Origin: Candidatus Acidiferrales bacterium
Lineage (GTDB): Bacteria; Acidobacteriota; Terriglobia; Acidiferrales; 2-02-FULL-67-57
Direction of reading: 5' to 3'
Length of the DNA: 64,000 nucleotides
Assembly: GCA_965247455.1 (NCBI GenBank)
Contig: CBDFHE010000017.1
Span: forward strand, 3,048-67,047
Of this stretch, positions 50,999 through 63,920 are shown one piece after another. How positions within the stretch are numbered: position 1 is the stretch's first letter; every line of letters begins with the position of its first letter. Under the pieces are notes generated by a model. It made no database searches. It saw nothing but the letters and a program-made list of their open reading frames with translations, and was not told the origin of the DNA. A program made the position numbers and the translations under genes.

Positions 50999-51907
50999 TC
51001 AGGAATCTTGCTGGCGAATGCCCACCGGAAACTCGTGCGCGATTCCGGGCGCGGTCAGAGGCTCGAACTGAATGGTGGTGTGGGTGATGTGGAAGTCCCG
51101 CGCCAGCAGCGCGTTCAGTTGGTCGAGAATCTTCCCGCTCTCACTGGTGCTCATCTCTCCGATTCGCACGTGGCAGGAAAGCGCATGCGAGCGGGCGGCC
51201 AGCGACCAGATGTGGATGTCGTGTACTTCCTCCACGCCCGGAACCGCCAGCATGGCGCGCGCCACCTCTTTCACCTCCAGGTTGCGCGGAGTGCCTTCCA
51301 GTAGAATGTGAGTCGTTTCTCGGAGGATACCCCAGGCACTCCACAGCACTCCGGCACCGATGGCGAAGCTGAGGATGGGGTCGAGGACGTAGAGACTGGT
51401 GGCGGCCATGACGAAGGCGCCCGCCAGAATGCCAACGTTGGAGACGGCGTCGCCGGCGTTGTGGATGAGCACGGTGCGCAGGTTCAAATCCTTTCGCCCG
51501 CGCCACATCGCCCAGGCAATGCCTCCATTGATTACGATTCCCAGCGCCGCCACCCACAGCATGAGATCAGTATTGACGGCACGGGGAGCCAGGATGCGCC
51601 GGTAGGCTTCCCAAAAGATGTAGAAGGCGATGCCCACCAGCGCCAGCGCATTCACGAACGCTGCCAGGACGCCGCTGCGCTGGTAGCCGTAGGTGCGCTG
51701 CGGGTCAGCCGGCATGCGTTGAACGTAGAGCGCGACCAGGGAGAGAAGCATCGCGGGCACGTCGCTGAGGTTGTGCACGGCGTCGGAAATCAGGGCGAGC
51801 GAGCCGGCCAGGTAACCGGCGGCGAACTCCACCACCACAAAGATCAGGTTGATGCCCAGCGACCACCTTAGAGCACGATCCATTCCCGGCGCTTCGTGCA
51901 CATGCAT
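50999..51907 (-). CDS. Cation diffusion facilitator (CzcD/ZitB-like)
   Basis: SLALISDAVHNLSD, TYGYQR, HNAGDA, VHDIHIWSL, HTTIQFE. Confidence 0.93.
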   Translation of the reverse strand: MHVHEAPGMDRALRWSLGINLIFVVVEFAAGYLAGSLALISDAVHNLSDVPAMLLSLVALYVQRMPADPQRTYGYQRSGVLAAFVNALALVGIAFYIFWEAYRRILAPRAVNTDLMLWVAALGIVINGGIAWAMWRGRKDLNLRTVLIHNAGDAVSNVGILAGAFVMAATSLYVLDPILSFAIGAGVLWSAWGILRETTHILLEGTPRNLEVKEVARAMLAVPGVEEVHDIHIWSLAARSHALSCHVRIGEMSTSESGKILDQLNALLARDFHITHTTIQFEPLTAPGIAHEFPVGIRQQDS

Positions 51908-52030
51908 GGAGAAAAGTGTAGCGAAGCAGGGCGAGGGAAGCAAATCACCGTTCTCCCTCACTGCGGTTTTCCCCTGGTCGCGGGTCGATCCCACAAACAA
52001 ACTGGCGGTCCGGAAGAGGTGCCTGTCTAC

Positions 52031-52049
52031 CTCGCCTACCGCAGGCAGG
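52031..52049. repeat. 19-nt hairpin micro-element (variant)
   Basis: CTCGCCTACCGCAGGCAGG inside a GGAAGAGGTG... hairpin. Confidence 0.65.
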
Positions 52050-52200
52050 CTCCGCCCCCGCTCTGCATCCATTGGGCCTCCGCCGTGAGCGAAAAGCCGA
52101 CGAAAAATCCGCCGCGGCGGATTCTTCGCCGCTACCTGGCTGCTTGCAACTAATCTGCGAGTGTGCGTTTGGCGAGAGAGGGAAGCGGGGCGAAGAAAAG

Positions 52201-52449
52201 CTAGGCGTCAAGCCCCAGGTCCTGCGCCAGTTGGTCGGGGTCGAAGGGGCTGGCGGCGAACCAGCGCCCATCCACCTCGAAAGTGGGAACTTTGCGTTTG
52301 CCCTGGTTCTTCTCGACGATCAGATCGGCGGCGGCGGGCTGCTCGTCAATGTTGACGGTCTCGTAGGCCAGGCCGCGCTCGTCCAGGAAGCGCTTGGCGT
52401 TGCGGCAATCACCGCACCAGGGAGATACATATATGCGAATGTTCGCCAT
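52201..52449 (-). CDS. Glutaredoxin/NrdH-like protein
   Basis: SPWCGDC, KVPTFEVDG. Confidence 0.88.
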   Translation of the reverse strand: MANIRIYVSPWCGDCRNAKRFLDERGLAYETVNIDEQPAAADLIVEKNQGKRKVPTFEVDGRWFAASPFDPDQLAQDLGLDA

Positions 52450-52550
52450 CGTTGGTGTTCTTTCCTTCTACCTTTCGGCCAGGTAGAAGCGCACTTTAAT
52501 AGATGAACTCGGGGCCGCGGGGGATTTAAATCCGCGGACTCCGCACCCGG

Positions 52551-53012
52551 CTAGGGCGCGTGGGTGGGTTCTTCCGCTTGGCGGCCGGCGGCGACGGCGT
52601 GGCCGGCCTTGCCCGCCACCTGCAGGCGGATAAGCGCCCGCTGCAAAGCCACTTGGGCGCGGTTGAAGTCAACCTTCGGGTCGCCGACGTGTTGCAAGCG
52701 CTCCTCGGCACGCTTCTGCGCTTGGCGGGCGCGCGCGACGTCGATTTCCTCCCCGCGCTCGCCCGTTTCCGCCAGGACGATAACCCGGCCGGGCAACACC
52801 TCCACGAAGCCCCAGAAGATGCTGAGGTAACTCCAGCGGGTTCCCTTGCGGTAGCTGAGCTCGCCCGTTTGGAGTTCGCTCAGCAGGGGCGAGTGGCCGG
52901 GCAGAATTCCGAGGTAGCCGTTGCGGCCCGGCACCTGTACTTCGTGCACCTCTTCGCGCACCATCTGCTGCTCGGGCGTGACCACCTGTAGTTCTATGGA
53001 TTCAGGAATCAA
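52551..53012 (-). CDS. atpC: ATP synthase epsilon subunit
   Basis: VVTPE, GYLGILPGHSPL, GFVEV. Confidence 0.96.
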   Translation of the reverse strand: MIPESIELQVVTPEQQMVREEVHEVQVPGRNGYLGILPGHSPLLSELQTGELSYRKGTRWSYLSIFWGFVEVLPGRVIVLAETGERGEEIDVARARQAQKRAEERLQHVGDPKVDFNRAQVALQRALIRLQVAGKAGHAVAAGRQAEEPTHAP

Positions 53013-53022
53013 GGTCGCCGCC

Positions 53023-54486
<1,464 letters not shown>

Positions 54487-54890
54487 CTAGTGCTTTGTGT
54501 GACTCGTGATTGGTGACTCGAAACTCGTGCCGCCGAGGCTTGAAGCGATCGCCCCAGGGCGCTCAAGAGTTGACTCACGGATCGGCACAATTGATTCACC
54601 GTATCGAATTCTTGTTGGTTCATGTAACTCAAATCTTTGCTCAAGAGGGAGAAGTACCGCGTTTCCTCGGCCTCTCCGTTGGCGATCCGCAGGCTCCGCA
54701 AAAGCTCCTTGGTGGTTCGCCGTCCATAACCTTCCGCGATGTTTGCCGCCACCGAACTCGACGCGCGCCGCAACTGGGAAATCAGCCCGAAGCGCTCGTC
54801 TTGCGGGAATCCTCGTGTGGTCCCATAGATTTCCAGTGTCAAATCGTAGACTTTCTTCCACGCTTCCAACTCCTGAAAACTTTTGAGCAT
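54487..54890 (-). CDS. Four-helix-bundle (IVS/bAvd-like) protein
   Basis: FQELEAWK, FPQDERFGLISQLRRA..SVAANIAEGYGR; flanked by 7-mer tandem repeats. Confidence 0.9.
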
Positions 54891-54927
54891 CGATCTTCAC
54901 TGGTCGCAGGTCGCTGGTCACCGGTCG

Positions 54928-55842
54928 CTACAAAGCGGCGGCGCCGCTGACAATCTCAATCAGCTCGCGCGTAATCTGGGCCTGGCGCACCTTGTTCATG
55001 TGCAGGGTGAGCCGGTCGATCATCTCCGACGCGTTGGTGGTGGCCGCATCCATGGCGGTCATGCGGGCGGCGTGCTCGGCGGCATTGGACTCCAGCAGCG
55101 CGCGGAAGATTTGCACCTCCACATGCCGCGGCAGCAGCCGCCCGAACAGCTCCGCCGGCGGCTGCTCGTAGAGGTAGTCCACCTGCGTTTCTCCCGCCTC
55201 TTCCTGTGCGGTCGCTTCTTCTTCCGGCACGGCCAGGTCTCCTTCGGTGCGCGTGGGAAGAACGCCTTCAATCGGCAGCAGTTTTTCGGTGATGAGCCGC
55301 TGGGTCAGGATGCTCTTGAACTCGTTGTAGATAAGGTAGACCGCGTCCACCTGCTCGGTGCGGTAGAGATCAATGACGCGCGCGGCCACTTCTTTGGCGT
55401 TGGAGTAATCCACCCCGCGCAGGAACAGGTTGACGTGCTCGGCCACCAGATCGCGTTGGCGGCGGCGGAAGTAGTCGCGGCTTTTCTTCCCGATGGCAAT
55501 CAGTTGCGGCTGGGCGCCGTTGGTGCGCGCCGCCAGGAAGCGCTCGGCCAGGCGCAGCACGTTGGTGTTGAACGGCCCGCACAGGCCTTTGTCGCCGCTG
55601 AGCACCAGAACCAGGATGCGTTTTTCCGGGCGCTTGACCAGCAAGGGATGCGCGCGCGCCTCGGTGCGCTGCGCCAGTGAGCGCAACACCGTCAGCATCT
55701 GCCCGGCGTAGGGGCGGGCGTTGAAGACGCGCTCCTGCGCGCGGCGCAGCTTGGCCGCCGAAACCAGCTTCATCGCCCGGGTAATCTTCTGCGTGTTCTT
55801 GACCGAGCGGATGCGGCGGCGAAAATCAATCAGGGTCGGCAT
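54928..55842 (-). CDS. atpG: ATP synthase gamma subunit
   Basis: KITRAMKLVSAAKL, DKGLCGPFN, EHAARMTAM, RQAQITRELIEI. Confidence 0.97.
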   Translation of the reverse strand: MPTLIDFRRRIRSVKNTQKITRAMKLVSAAKLRRAQERVFNARPYAGQMLTVLRSLAQRTEARAHPLLVKRPEKRILVLVLSGDKGLCGPFNTNVLRLAERFLAARTNGAQPQLIAIGKKSRDYFRRRQRDLVAEHVNLFLRGVDYSNAKEVAARVIDLYRTEQVDAVYLIYNEFKSILTQRLITEKLLPIEGVLPTRTEGDLAVPEEEATAQEEAGETQVDYLYEQPPAELFGRLLPRHVEVQIFRALLESNAAEHAARMTAMDAATTNASEMIDRLTLHMNKVRQAQITRELIEIVSGAAAL

Positions 55843-56002
55843 CGACTCTTCTTTTCTCCGACAAACCCACAGGCGGAAGCCTGTGGGCTGAACCAAACTA
55901 ATTCTGCCCGAAGTTGTTCAGCCCAGCGGCTTCTGCCGCTGGGAGTTCCCGCACCGGCTAAAGCCCGGTGCGTTCGCGCGCGGCTCTCGACCCGGCTGAA
56001 GC

Positions 56003-56021
56003 CCTGCCTGCGGCAGGCAGG
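56003..56021. repeat. 19-nt hairpin micro-element
   Basis: CCTGCCTGCGGCAGGCAGG interrupting GGCTGAAGC|CGTGCCC. Confidence 0.9.
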
Positions 56022-56061
56022 CGTGCCCTGACAACGAGAAGATTCCGTAGCACTCCTCATT

Positions 56062-57597
<1,536 letters not shown>

Positions 57598-57636
57598 TCT
57601 GTCGTGCCTCCCTTGCTATCTGCCCGACGCGCGCCC

Positions 57637-58200
57637 CTACAGACGGGTCAACTGCGCTTGCATGCGGCGCAGGTGCGCTTTCACGGAGCCGTCGTAGATG
57701 GTGCCGCCCAGGCGGGCCACCACCCCGGCCAGAATTTCCGGGTCCTGCTGGAAGCGGAGCTCAACCGCCGAACCGGTCAGATCCGCCAGGCGCCCTTCCA
57801 GCAATTTCTTTTGTGTGTCGCTCAACTCGGTGGCGGTGGTGACCTCCACCGGAACGATGCCCAGCCGGGCATAGACTTCCTGGTCGAAAGCCTGCACCAC
57901 GGCGTCGAGCTGGTTGAGGCGGCGGTTCTCGGCCAGCACGGCCAGGAAGTTGCGCGTCAACTCGCTCCACTTCAGCGCGCCGCGCAGGCGGTCGAGCAGG
58001 GCCTGCTTTTGTTCCTTACTCACAGCCGGGTTGGCAAGGGCGTTGCGCAGTCCGGCGTGCCCGTTGAGCAGCGCGGCGAACTCGGCCAGTTGCCGCTTCA
58101 CGCTTCGCACTTCTTTTTGCTTGCGGGCCTCCGCGAGTTTGGCCTCAAAAAGGATGTCAGCCAAAGCGCGGGCGTAGCGGCGAGCCAGAGCGCGGGCCAT
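57637..58200 (-). CDS. atpH: ATP synthase delta subunit
   Basis: ARRYARAL...DPEILAGVV.RLG.TIYDGSV. Confidence 0.93.
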   Translation of the reverse strand: MARALARRYARALADILFEAKLAEARKQKEVRSVKRQLAEFAALLNGHAGLRNALANPAVSKEQKQALLDRLRGALKWSELTRNFLAVLAENRRLNQLDAVVQAFDQEVYARLGIVPVEVTTATELSDTQKKLLEGRLADLTGSAVELRFQQDPEILAGVVARLGGTIYDGSVKAHLRRMQAQLTRL

Positions 58201-58203
58201 AGC

Positions 58204-58791
58204 CTAGTGCCTCCGCTCCGCGCCCGATTGGGCGGTGCTCGGGGTCGAGAAGTTTTTGATGAAAGCCTGGAAGAGAGTTGCGTGCGTCTTGGGGCTGAGT
58301 TGCCGGCGGATGCGCTCCTCGGCCAGGCTGACGGCCAAGCGAGCGGCGTAGGCGCACAGTTCCAAGCGGGCGGCGCGGCCGGCAGATTCAATCTCGGCTT
58401 TGGAGGTGGCCAGGATGCGGTCGGCTTCGCGCTGCGCGGTTTCGCGGATGCGCTCCAGTTGCGCGGCGGCATCAGTCTCGGCGTCGCGGCGCATCTGCTC
58501 GGTTTCTTGGTGCAGGCCGGCGAGGCGTTGCTCAATCGTGCGCAGGCGTTGCTGGGAGGACTCCTGCTGGCGGCGGGCCTGGTCGATTTCGGTGCGGATG
58601 CCCTGGCGGATTTCGGCGAATTTGCGTTTGAGCGGGGTGCGGGCAAGGTAGGCGCCGCCGCCGAAGACCACCAGGAAGTTGATCCACTTGAAAATCAGTT
58701 CGGAGCTGTTGCCGCCTTCGCCCTCGGCCGCCAGAACCGGCAGGCAGGCGAGCAAAACCAGCAGCAGGAGAAGAAGTGCTCGACCCATCAT
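58204..58791 (-). CDS. atpF: ATP synthase b subunit
   Basis: FKWINF TM segment plus coiled coil; operon position. Confidence 0.85.
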   Translation of the reverse strand: MMGRALLLLLLVLLACLPVLAAEGEGGNSSELIFKWINFLVVFGGGAYLARTPLKRKFAEIRQGIRTEIDQARRQQESSQQRLRTIEQRLAGLHQETEQMRRDAETDAAAQLERIRETAQREADRILATSKAEIESAGRAARLELCAYAARLAVSLAEERIRRQLSPKTHATLFQAFIKNFSTPSTAQSGAERRH

Positions 58792-59267
58792 GCGTTGCGG
58801 CCTCGTCGGCTGCCCGCGGCCGGGCGCTCCGGTGCCAGCAAGCTGTTGGCGATCTGTTCGGCCAGGAGCTGGCTTTGGGCGCCGAGGGCCTGCTTGGCTT
58901 GCTCGACGTCGCGGGCAATGTCGAGCCGGGCCTGGCGGGCCGACTGGTTGGCCTGCTCGCGGGTGGTGTGCAGGATGCGGCTGCGCTCGTCGAGGGCGGC
59001 GTGGCGGGCGGCTTCCTGCTGCCGATAGATTTCGGCCCGGCCCTGCCGCAGCGCCTCCTCGTACTGGCGCAGCTTTTCATCGGCGCCGGCCATGAGCTCG
59101 TCAGCCTGCCGGCGGGCGCCCTCGGTGGCGGCCTGGCGCTGGGCCAGCACACACTCCAGCGGACGCCAGAAACTCCAGCGCAGAAAGAGGTAGAAAGCGA
59201 AGACAATAATCGCGGTGGGCAAAGCGCCCCAGAGAAGGTCGGCCAATTGGTGGACGATGGAATCCAT
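58788..59267 (-). CDS. ATP synthase b' subunit
   Basis: N-terminal TM (FYLFLRWSFWRPL) plus coiled coil; operon position. Confidence 0.85.
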   Translation of the reverse strand: MDSIVHQLADLLWGALPTAIIVFAFYLFLRWSFWRPLECVLAQRQAATEGARRQADELMAGADEKLRQYEEALRQGRAEIYRQQEAARHAALDERSRILHTTREQANQSARQARLDIARDVEQAKQALGAQSQLLAEQIANSLLAPERPAAGSRRGRNA

Positions 59268-59377
59268 CTGCCTGCTCGTTGGGAGTTACAAAAGGACTCT
59301 ACCCGACTCCCCGTGGAGAGCAAAGAGTAAGATTTCTAACACAGGGGCGCGAATCGGTCAAGACAGGTGGGCGCTCT

Positions 59378-59507
59378 GGCAGTGTCTTGATTTCGCACCG
59401 AGCCCCCAGGCCCCTGCCTGGGGGAAGCAAAAAGCCCTGCGGCGGGGGCCGCAGGGCTCGGTGTGAATTGGGGTTGAGTTTGGAATCGCTCAAATTAGGA
59501 CACTACC
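59378..59507. mobile_element. MITE family B, uninterrupted copy
   Basis: TIR GGCAGTGTCTTGATTT / AAATTAGGACACTACC; flanking repeat GGGCGCTC(T/C); near-identical to 44584-44703. Confidence 0.88.
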
Positions 59508-59583
59508 GGGCGCTCCGGAAGTGGTCTGGAGGTTAGAAAAACTTAAGAAAGCGAGCGCAGAATAAGCGGGCCGAAGGGTCAGG

Positions 59584-60042
59584 TCAGCGACCGCGTCCCG
59601 GTCCGCGCGCGCGGCCTCCGGCAGCACGAGCCCGGCGGCGTCCTTGTGCGCCGGGACGCGCCTGGCCGCTGTTGCGCTGGGCGCGGCGACGGTGAAGCTG
59701 GCCGTGGCGCTTGGCGAAGCGCTTCTTCGCCTGTTTCACGCGCCGCTTGTCCTTGCGCAGCTTGGCCCCGGCCTCGCGCGCCTGCGGGCTGTCCTTGCCG
59801 GACTCGTCCACCGCTTGGCGGTAAGTCTGGCGGTCGGTTTGGAGCCGCTCGCGGGCCTGGGCAAACCGTTCTTGGGCTTTCTGGTGGAGTTCGCGGTGGC
59901 GGTTCTGTCGGTCGGTTTGTTCGGTTGCGGTTGGGTCGTTGCTGGGATCGTTGGCGTCTTGCGCGGCCAGGCCGACGGGCAAAAGCAAAGCCGCCCCCAG
60001 CGCGGAGGCTAGCATCCAGCGAATGAAGTTGCTCGATTGCAT
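59584..60042 (-). CDS. Hypothetical secreted helical protein with Arg-rich tail
   Basis: Signal peptide ending LAA-Q; RBS AGGAGAG; coiled-coil pattern. Confidence 0.6.
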   Translation of the reverse strand: MQSSNFIRWMLASALGAALLLPVGLAAQDANDPSNDPTATEQTDRQNRHRELHQKAQERFAQARERLQTDRQTYRQAVDESGKDSPQAREAGAKLRKDKRRVKQAKKRFAKRHGQLHRRRAQRNSGQARPGAQGRRRARAAGGRARGPGRGR

Positions 60043-60189
60043 GATTATCTCTCCTTTCGCCCTCGCCCCTGCCTTTCAAACAGTTCAACCCCGGCGGGGC
60101 GGAAAAGTTGCGGCATCTGGAAAGAGTTCTTGCCCCAGAGGTGCAGAGAACACAGAGAACTCGCAGGGAATTCCTCTGCGCTCTCTGCG

Positions 60190-60208
60190 CCTGCTTGCCG
60201 CAGGCAAG
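60190..60208. repeat. 19-nt hairpin micro-element (variant)
   Basis: CCTGCTTGCCGCAGGCAAG interrupting CTCTCTGCG|TCTCAGCGGTG. Confidence 0.8.
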
Positions 60209-60375
60209 TCTCAGCGGTGGAGCGGTTGGTTTCCGGCCCTGGCGCTATTCGTAGCGGAGGGCGAGCAGGGGATCGAAGTTGGTAGCGCGGTGCGGGAGAG
60301 AGTTGCGGCGGCTGCGAAGCGGGTGATAGCATTCTCCATCGGCTGGTCGCGGCCGCGGGGGATAAGGAGATACGC

Positions 60376-61545
60376 ATGGCCTTTCAAGGGGTTGACTTCC
60401 TCGAACTCGACTCGCTGCTGACGGAAGACGAAAAAGTGGTGCGGGCTTCGGTGCGGCAGTGGGTGGAGGAAAACGTCAAGCCCATCATCGAGAAGCACGC
60501 GCAGGCCGGCACCTTCCCCACCGAATTGATCCCTGAGGTCGGCCGGCTGGGATACCTGGGAGCGAACCTGGAAGGCTATGGCTGCGCCGGGATGTCGGCG
60601 GTGGAGTACGGCCTGATTATGCAGGAGCTGGAGCGGGGCGACTCCGGCCTGCGCAGCTTCGCCTCGGTGCAGGGCGCGCTGGTGATGTATCCCATCCTCA
60701 CCTACGGCTCCGAGGAGCAGAAGCAGAAGTGGCTGCCGCGTTTGCAGAAAGGCGAGGCCCTGGGCTGCTTCGGGCTGACCGAGCCCGGCTTCGGGTCGAA
60801 CCCCGGCGGGATGCTGACCACGGCGCGCAAGCAGGGCGAGGGCTACGTGCTGAACGGCGAGAAGCTCTGGATCACCAACGGCTCGGTGGCCGACGTGGCG
60901 GTGGTGTGGGCCAAGGACGACGACGGAAAGATTGGCGGCTTCCTGGTAGAGAAGGGCACGCCGGGCTTGAAGGCCTGGGACGTGCACGACAAGTATTCGC
61001 TGCGGGCGTCCATCACCAGCGGGCTGGCGCTGAGCGACTGCAAGATTCCCGCTTGCAACCGCCTGCCGAAGGCCGACGGGTTGCGGGCGGCGCTCGGCTG
61101 CCTGACGCAGGCGCGCTACGGCATCGGTTGGGGCGCGCTGGGCGCGGCCATGGAGTGCTACCAGACCGCGCTCGATTATGCCAAGGAGCGTAAGCAGTGG
61201 GCGGGCAAGCCCATCGGCAGCCACCAGTTGGTGCAGGAGAAGCTGGTGTGGATGCTGACGGAAATCACCAAAGGTCAACTGCTGGCCTTGCAAGTGGGCC
61301 GGCTGAAGGAGAAAGGCAAAGCGACCTTTGCGCACGTCTCGCTGCTGAAGAAGAACAACGTTTGGGTGGCGCTGGAGAGTGCGCGGAAGGCGCGCGACAT
61401 CCTGGGCGCGAATGGGATTACCGGCGACTACCCGGTCTTCCGCCACATGGTGAACCTGGAGTCGGTGTACACCTACGAGGGCACGCACGACATCCACACG
61501 CTCATCCTCGGCCAGCACATCACCGGCCTCCCGGCGTATGAATAG
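60376..61545 (+). CDS. Acyl-CoA dehydrogenase (glutaryl-CoA dehydrogenase-like)
   Basis: FGLTEPGFGS, KLWITNG, ARYGIGWG, LGANGI, YTYEGTHDIH. Confidence 0.92.
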   Translation: MAFQGVDFLELDSLLTEDEKVVRASVRQWVEENVKPIIEKHAQAGTFPTELIPEVGRLGYLGANLEGYGCAGMSAVEYGLIMQELERGDSGLRSFASVQGALVMYPILTYGSEEQKQKWLPRLQKGEALGCFGLTEPGFGSNPGGMLTTARKQGEGYVLNGEKLWITNGSVADVAVVWAKDDDGKIGGFLVEKGTPGLKAWDVHDKYSLRASITSGLALSDCKIPACNRLPKADGLRAALGCLTQARYGIGWGALGAAMECYQTALDYAKERKQWAGKPIGSHQLVQEKLVWMLTEITKGQLLALQVGRLKEKGKATFAHVSLLKKNNVWVALESARKARDILGANGITGDYPVFRHMVNLESVYTYEGTHDIHTLILGQHITGLPAYE

Positions 61546-61625
61546 CGGAAGGGCGGGTGCCCGTACAGGTACACTGAGCGCCCCTTCCGGACTGGATTAA
61601 TAGTTTTTGGGGAGGTGAAGTAAAA

Positions 61626-62609
61626 ATGCAGCGCGATCTTTCCCTGGACTTTTTGCGAGTGGTAGAGGAGGCGGCGATTGCGTCGGCGCGCACCATGGGC
61701 TTAGGCGACCGCCACGCTGCCGACAAGGCCGCCACCGAAGCCATGCGCAAGGAGTTGGCCACGGTTCCGATCAAGGGCCGCATCGTCATCGGCGAGGGGG
61801 AGCGCGACGAAGCCCCCATGCTCTTTATCGGCGAGCAGGTGGGCGCCGCGCCGAAGGACGGCGACAACTTTCCCGAAATCGATATCGCCGTCGATCCATT
61901 GGAAGGCACCAACCTCTGCGCCGCCGGCAAGCCCAACGCCATAACAGTGATGGCGGCCAGCGAACGCGGCGGGCTGCTGCACGCGCCCGACATCTACATG
62001 CAGAAGCTGGCGGTGGGCCCGAGCTGCAAGGGAGCGGTGGATTTGGAAGCGCCGGTCAAGGATAACCTGCGCGCCATCGCCCAGCGCCTGGACCGGGAGG
62101 TGGAGGACCTGGTCGTCGTGGTGCTCGACCGCCCGCGACACGAGCAGTTGATTAAAGATATTCGCACCGCCGGCGCGCGCATCCGGCTGATCTCGGACGG
62201 CGACGTGGCGCCGGCCATCGCCGCTGCCGTCATCGGCTCGGGCGTGCATGCGGTGATGGGCATCGGCGCTGCACCCGAGGGCGTCCTGGCCGCCGCCGCC
62301 CTGCGTTGCCTGAGCGGCGAGATGCTAGGCCGGCTGGTGACCATCAGGCCCGGAGACGTGGAGCGCATGGAGAAGATGGGGATCAAAGACCCCAAGCGCA
62401 TCTATCGCACCGAGGAACTGGCGCCGGGCAAGAACATCGTCTTCGCCTGCACCGGCGTCACCAGCGGCGACCTGCTGCGCGGCGTGCGCTTCTTTGGCGA
62501 AGGCGACCGCACCCACTCGCTGGTCATGACCCTCCAGCCCCACAACGTACGCTTCGTGGACGCGGTCCACGTTGACCGCGAGGGCGACTGCAAGATCCGC
62601 TTCTCCTAG
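61626..62609 (+). CDS. glpX: Class II fructose-1,6-bisphosphatase
   Basis: [41 protein letters not shown]. Confidence 0.96.
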   Translation: MQRDLSLDFLRVVEEAAIASARTMGLGDRHAADKAATEAMRKELATVPIKGRIVIGEGERDEAPMLFIGEQVGAAPKDGDNFPEIDIAVDPLEGTNLCAAGKPNAITVMAASERGGLLHAPDIYMQKLAVGPSCKGAVDLEAPVKDNLRAIAQRLDREVEDLVVVVLDRPRHEQLIKDIRTAGARIRLISDGDVAPAIAAAVIGSGVHAVMGIGAAPEGVLAAAALRCLSGEMLGRLVTIRPGDVERMEKMGIKDPKRIYRTEELAPGKNIVFACTGVTSGDLLRGVRFFGEGDRTHSLVMTLQPHNVRFVDAVHVDREGDCKIRFS

Positions 62610-62684
62610 GCCGGACCGGAGAATAGCGACTGGAGACGGGAACAATCCGGCGGTTGTTTCCGTAAAACAGGGTGAGGGGAGGGT

Positions 62685-63332
62685 GTGCCAACGATTAGTG
62701 TGAACTCTTTGAACCAAGAAGGTCGGCGGGGTGAACCCCGCCGTTGGCGGGACGAGCCCCGCTTACTGCGGGACGAGCGCGGCGGAACGCTGCAGGTGAT
62801 CTTGGCCATCGTCGGCGGGATCATCGCGCTGTGCGTGCTGGTGGCGGTCTGGGCGGTGCAACGCTACGTCCACATCGAAGTGGACGACAGCGGCGGGGAA
62901 AAGCGAGTCGAGATCAGCACGCCCTTCGGCGGCATCACGGTGGAAGAGGCGGAGGACGCGGCCCGCGACCTCAAGCTGCCAGTCTATCCCGGCGCGCGGC
63001 CCGATGACGAGAGCGCTTCGGTGCGCCTGTGGGGAGAAATCGGGGATGAGAAGGGCGCGCTCGACATCACCGTCGCCAAGTTCCACACCCGGGATTCCCT
63101 GGAGCAGGTGGACGCCTTCTACCGCGAGCAGCTTGGGGCTGAGTTCAAGCGCCAGGAGGGCCGCATCAGCGTTCGCGCTTTCAAGCACTGGAAGGGGCAC
63201 AGCCGAGTCGAATTCGACGGCGTGCTCTTCGCCGATGAATCCGCCACCCGCATGCGGGGCGTGGGCCTGGAGCCCAAGTCGTCCGGGGTGGAGATCACCT
63301 TGTTCGATGTTCGGGAAGAAGGCGAGCAGTAG
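62685..63332 (+). CDS. Hypothetical membrane-anchored protein
   Basis: One TM helix, LPVYPGA motif; GC-biased codon usage; start uncertain. Confidence 0.6.
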   Translation: MPTISVNSLNQEGRRGEPRRWRDEPRLLRDERGGTLQVILAIVGGIIALCVLVAVWAVQRYVHIEVDDSGGEKRVEISTPFGGITVEEAEDAARDLKLPVYPGARPDDESASVRLWGEIGDEKGALDITVAKFHTRDSLEQVDAFYREQLGAEFKRQEGRISVRAFKHWKGHSRVEFDGVLFADESATRMRGVGLEPKSSGVEITLFDVREEGEQ

Positions 63333-63420
63333 CGGATAGGGCTGCTAGCGCCGCCGTGCCACGCGGGAGTTCTCTCCGTGTTTTCTGTGCCTCGGTGGTG
63401 AAAGCCTTTCACCGCCGGGA

Positions 63421-63439
63421 CTTGCCTGCGGCAAGCAGG
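63421..63439. repeat. 19-nt hairpin micro-element (variant)
   Basis: CTTGCCTGCGGCAAGCAGG in an intergenic CAGAG-type repeat. Confidence 0.75.
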
Positions 63440-63458
63440 CGCAGCGACCGCTGAGAGG

Positions 63459-63920
63459 TCACCTGGCCTTGGTTGCCCCGCCTGTCCTGCTTGTCCGGAG
63501 CGCAGTCGAAGGGCGCTTTTTCTTCTTCCTTTTCGCACTACGGGGCGGGCGCTCGTAGGCGCAGCCGAACCAGCGCACCGCTTCTTCCAGGTGCGCGCGC
63601 GAGCTGAGTTCCACTTCCACCCAGCCGGTGAACCCCAGCCTTGACGGCCGGACGGCCTTGCGCTTGAGCGCGCGCTCGGCGTCGGCCGGCCGCAGCCGCA
63701 TCCAGGCATAGGTGGGCTCGCCGGGGCGGCCCAGCCACTCTGGTTTCTTCTTGCTGAGGGCGCGGTTGACGTAGCAGCCCAGCATCTGCTTGCCGCGGAA
63801 GAAAGCCAGCGCGCCCATCATGGGTCGCGCTTGCACGCCCGGCCAGGAGAGCAGCTCCGCCCGCAGGACTTCGCCTAGCTCATCCTCCAGCGGCCGCGTG
63901 CTCCAGTCAGCTTTCCGCAT
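63459..63920 (-). CDS. Hypothetical protein (possibly TfoX/MmcQ-like fold)
   Basis: LLSWPGV.ARPMMG..AFFRGK pattern; 153-aa ORF. Confidence 0.5.
   Translation of the reverse strand: MRKADWSTRPLEDELGEVLRAELLSWPGVQARPMMGALAFFRGKQMLGCYVNRALSKKKPEWLGRPGEPTYAWMRLRPADAERALKRKAVRPSRLGFTGWVEVELSSRAHLEEAVRWFGCAYERPPRSAKRKKKKRPSTALRTSRTGGATKAR

Noticed and set aside
52510-52550. Possible tRNA after atpC
   Set aside because: Only a single CCGCGG stem around ATTTAAAT; no cloverleaf, T-loop or CCA end.
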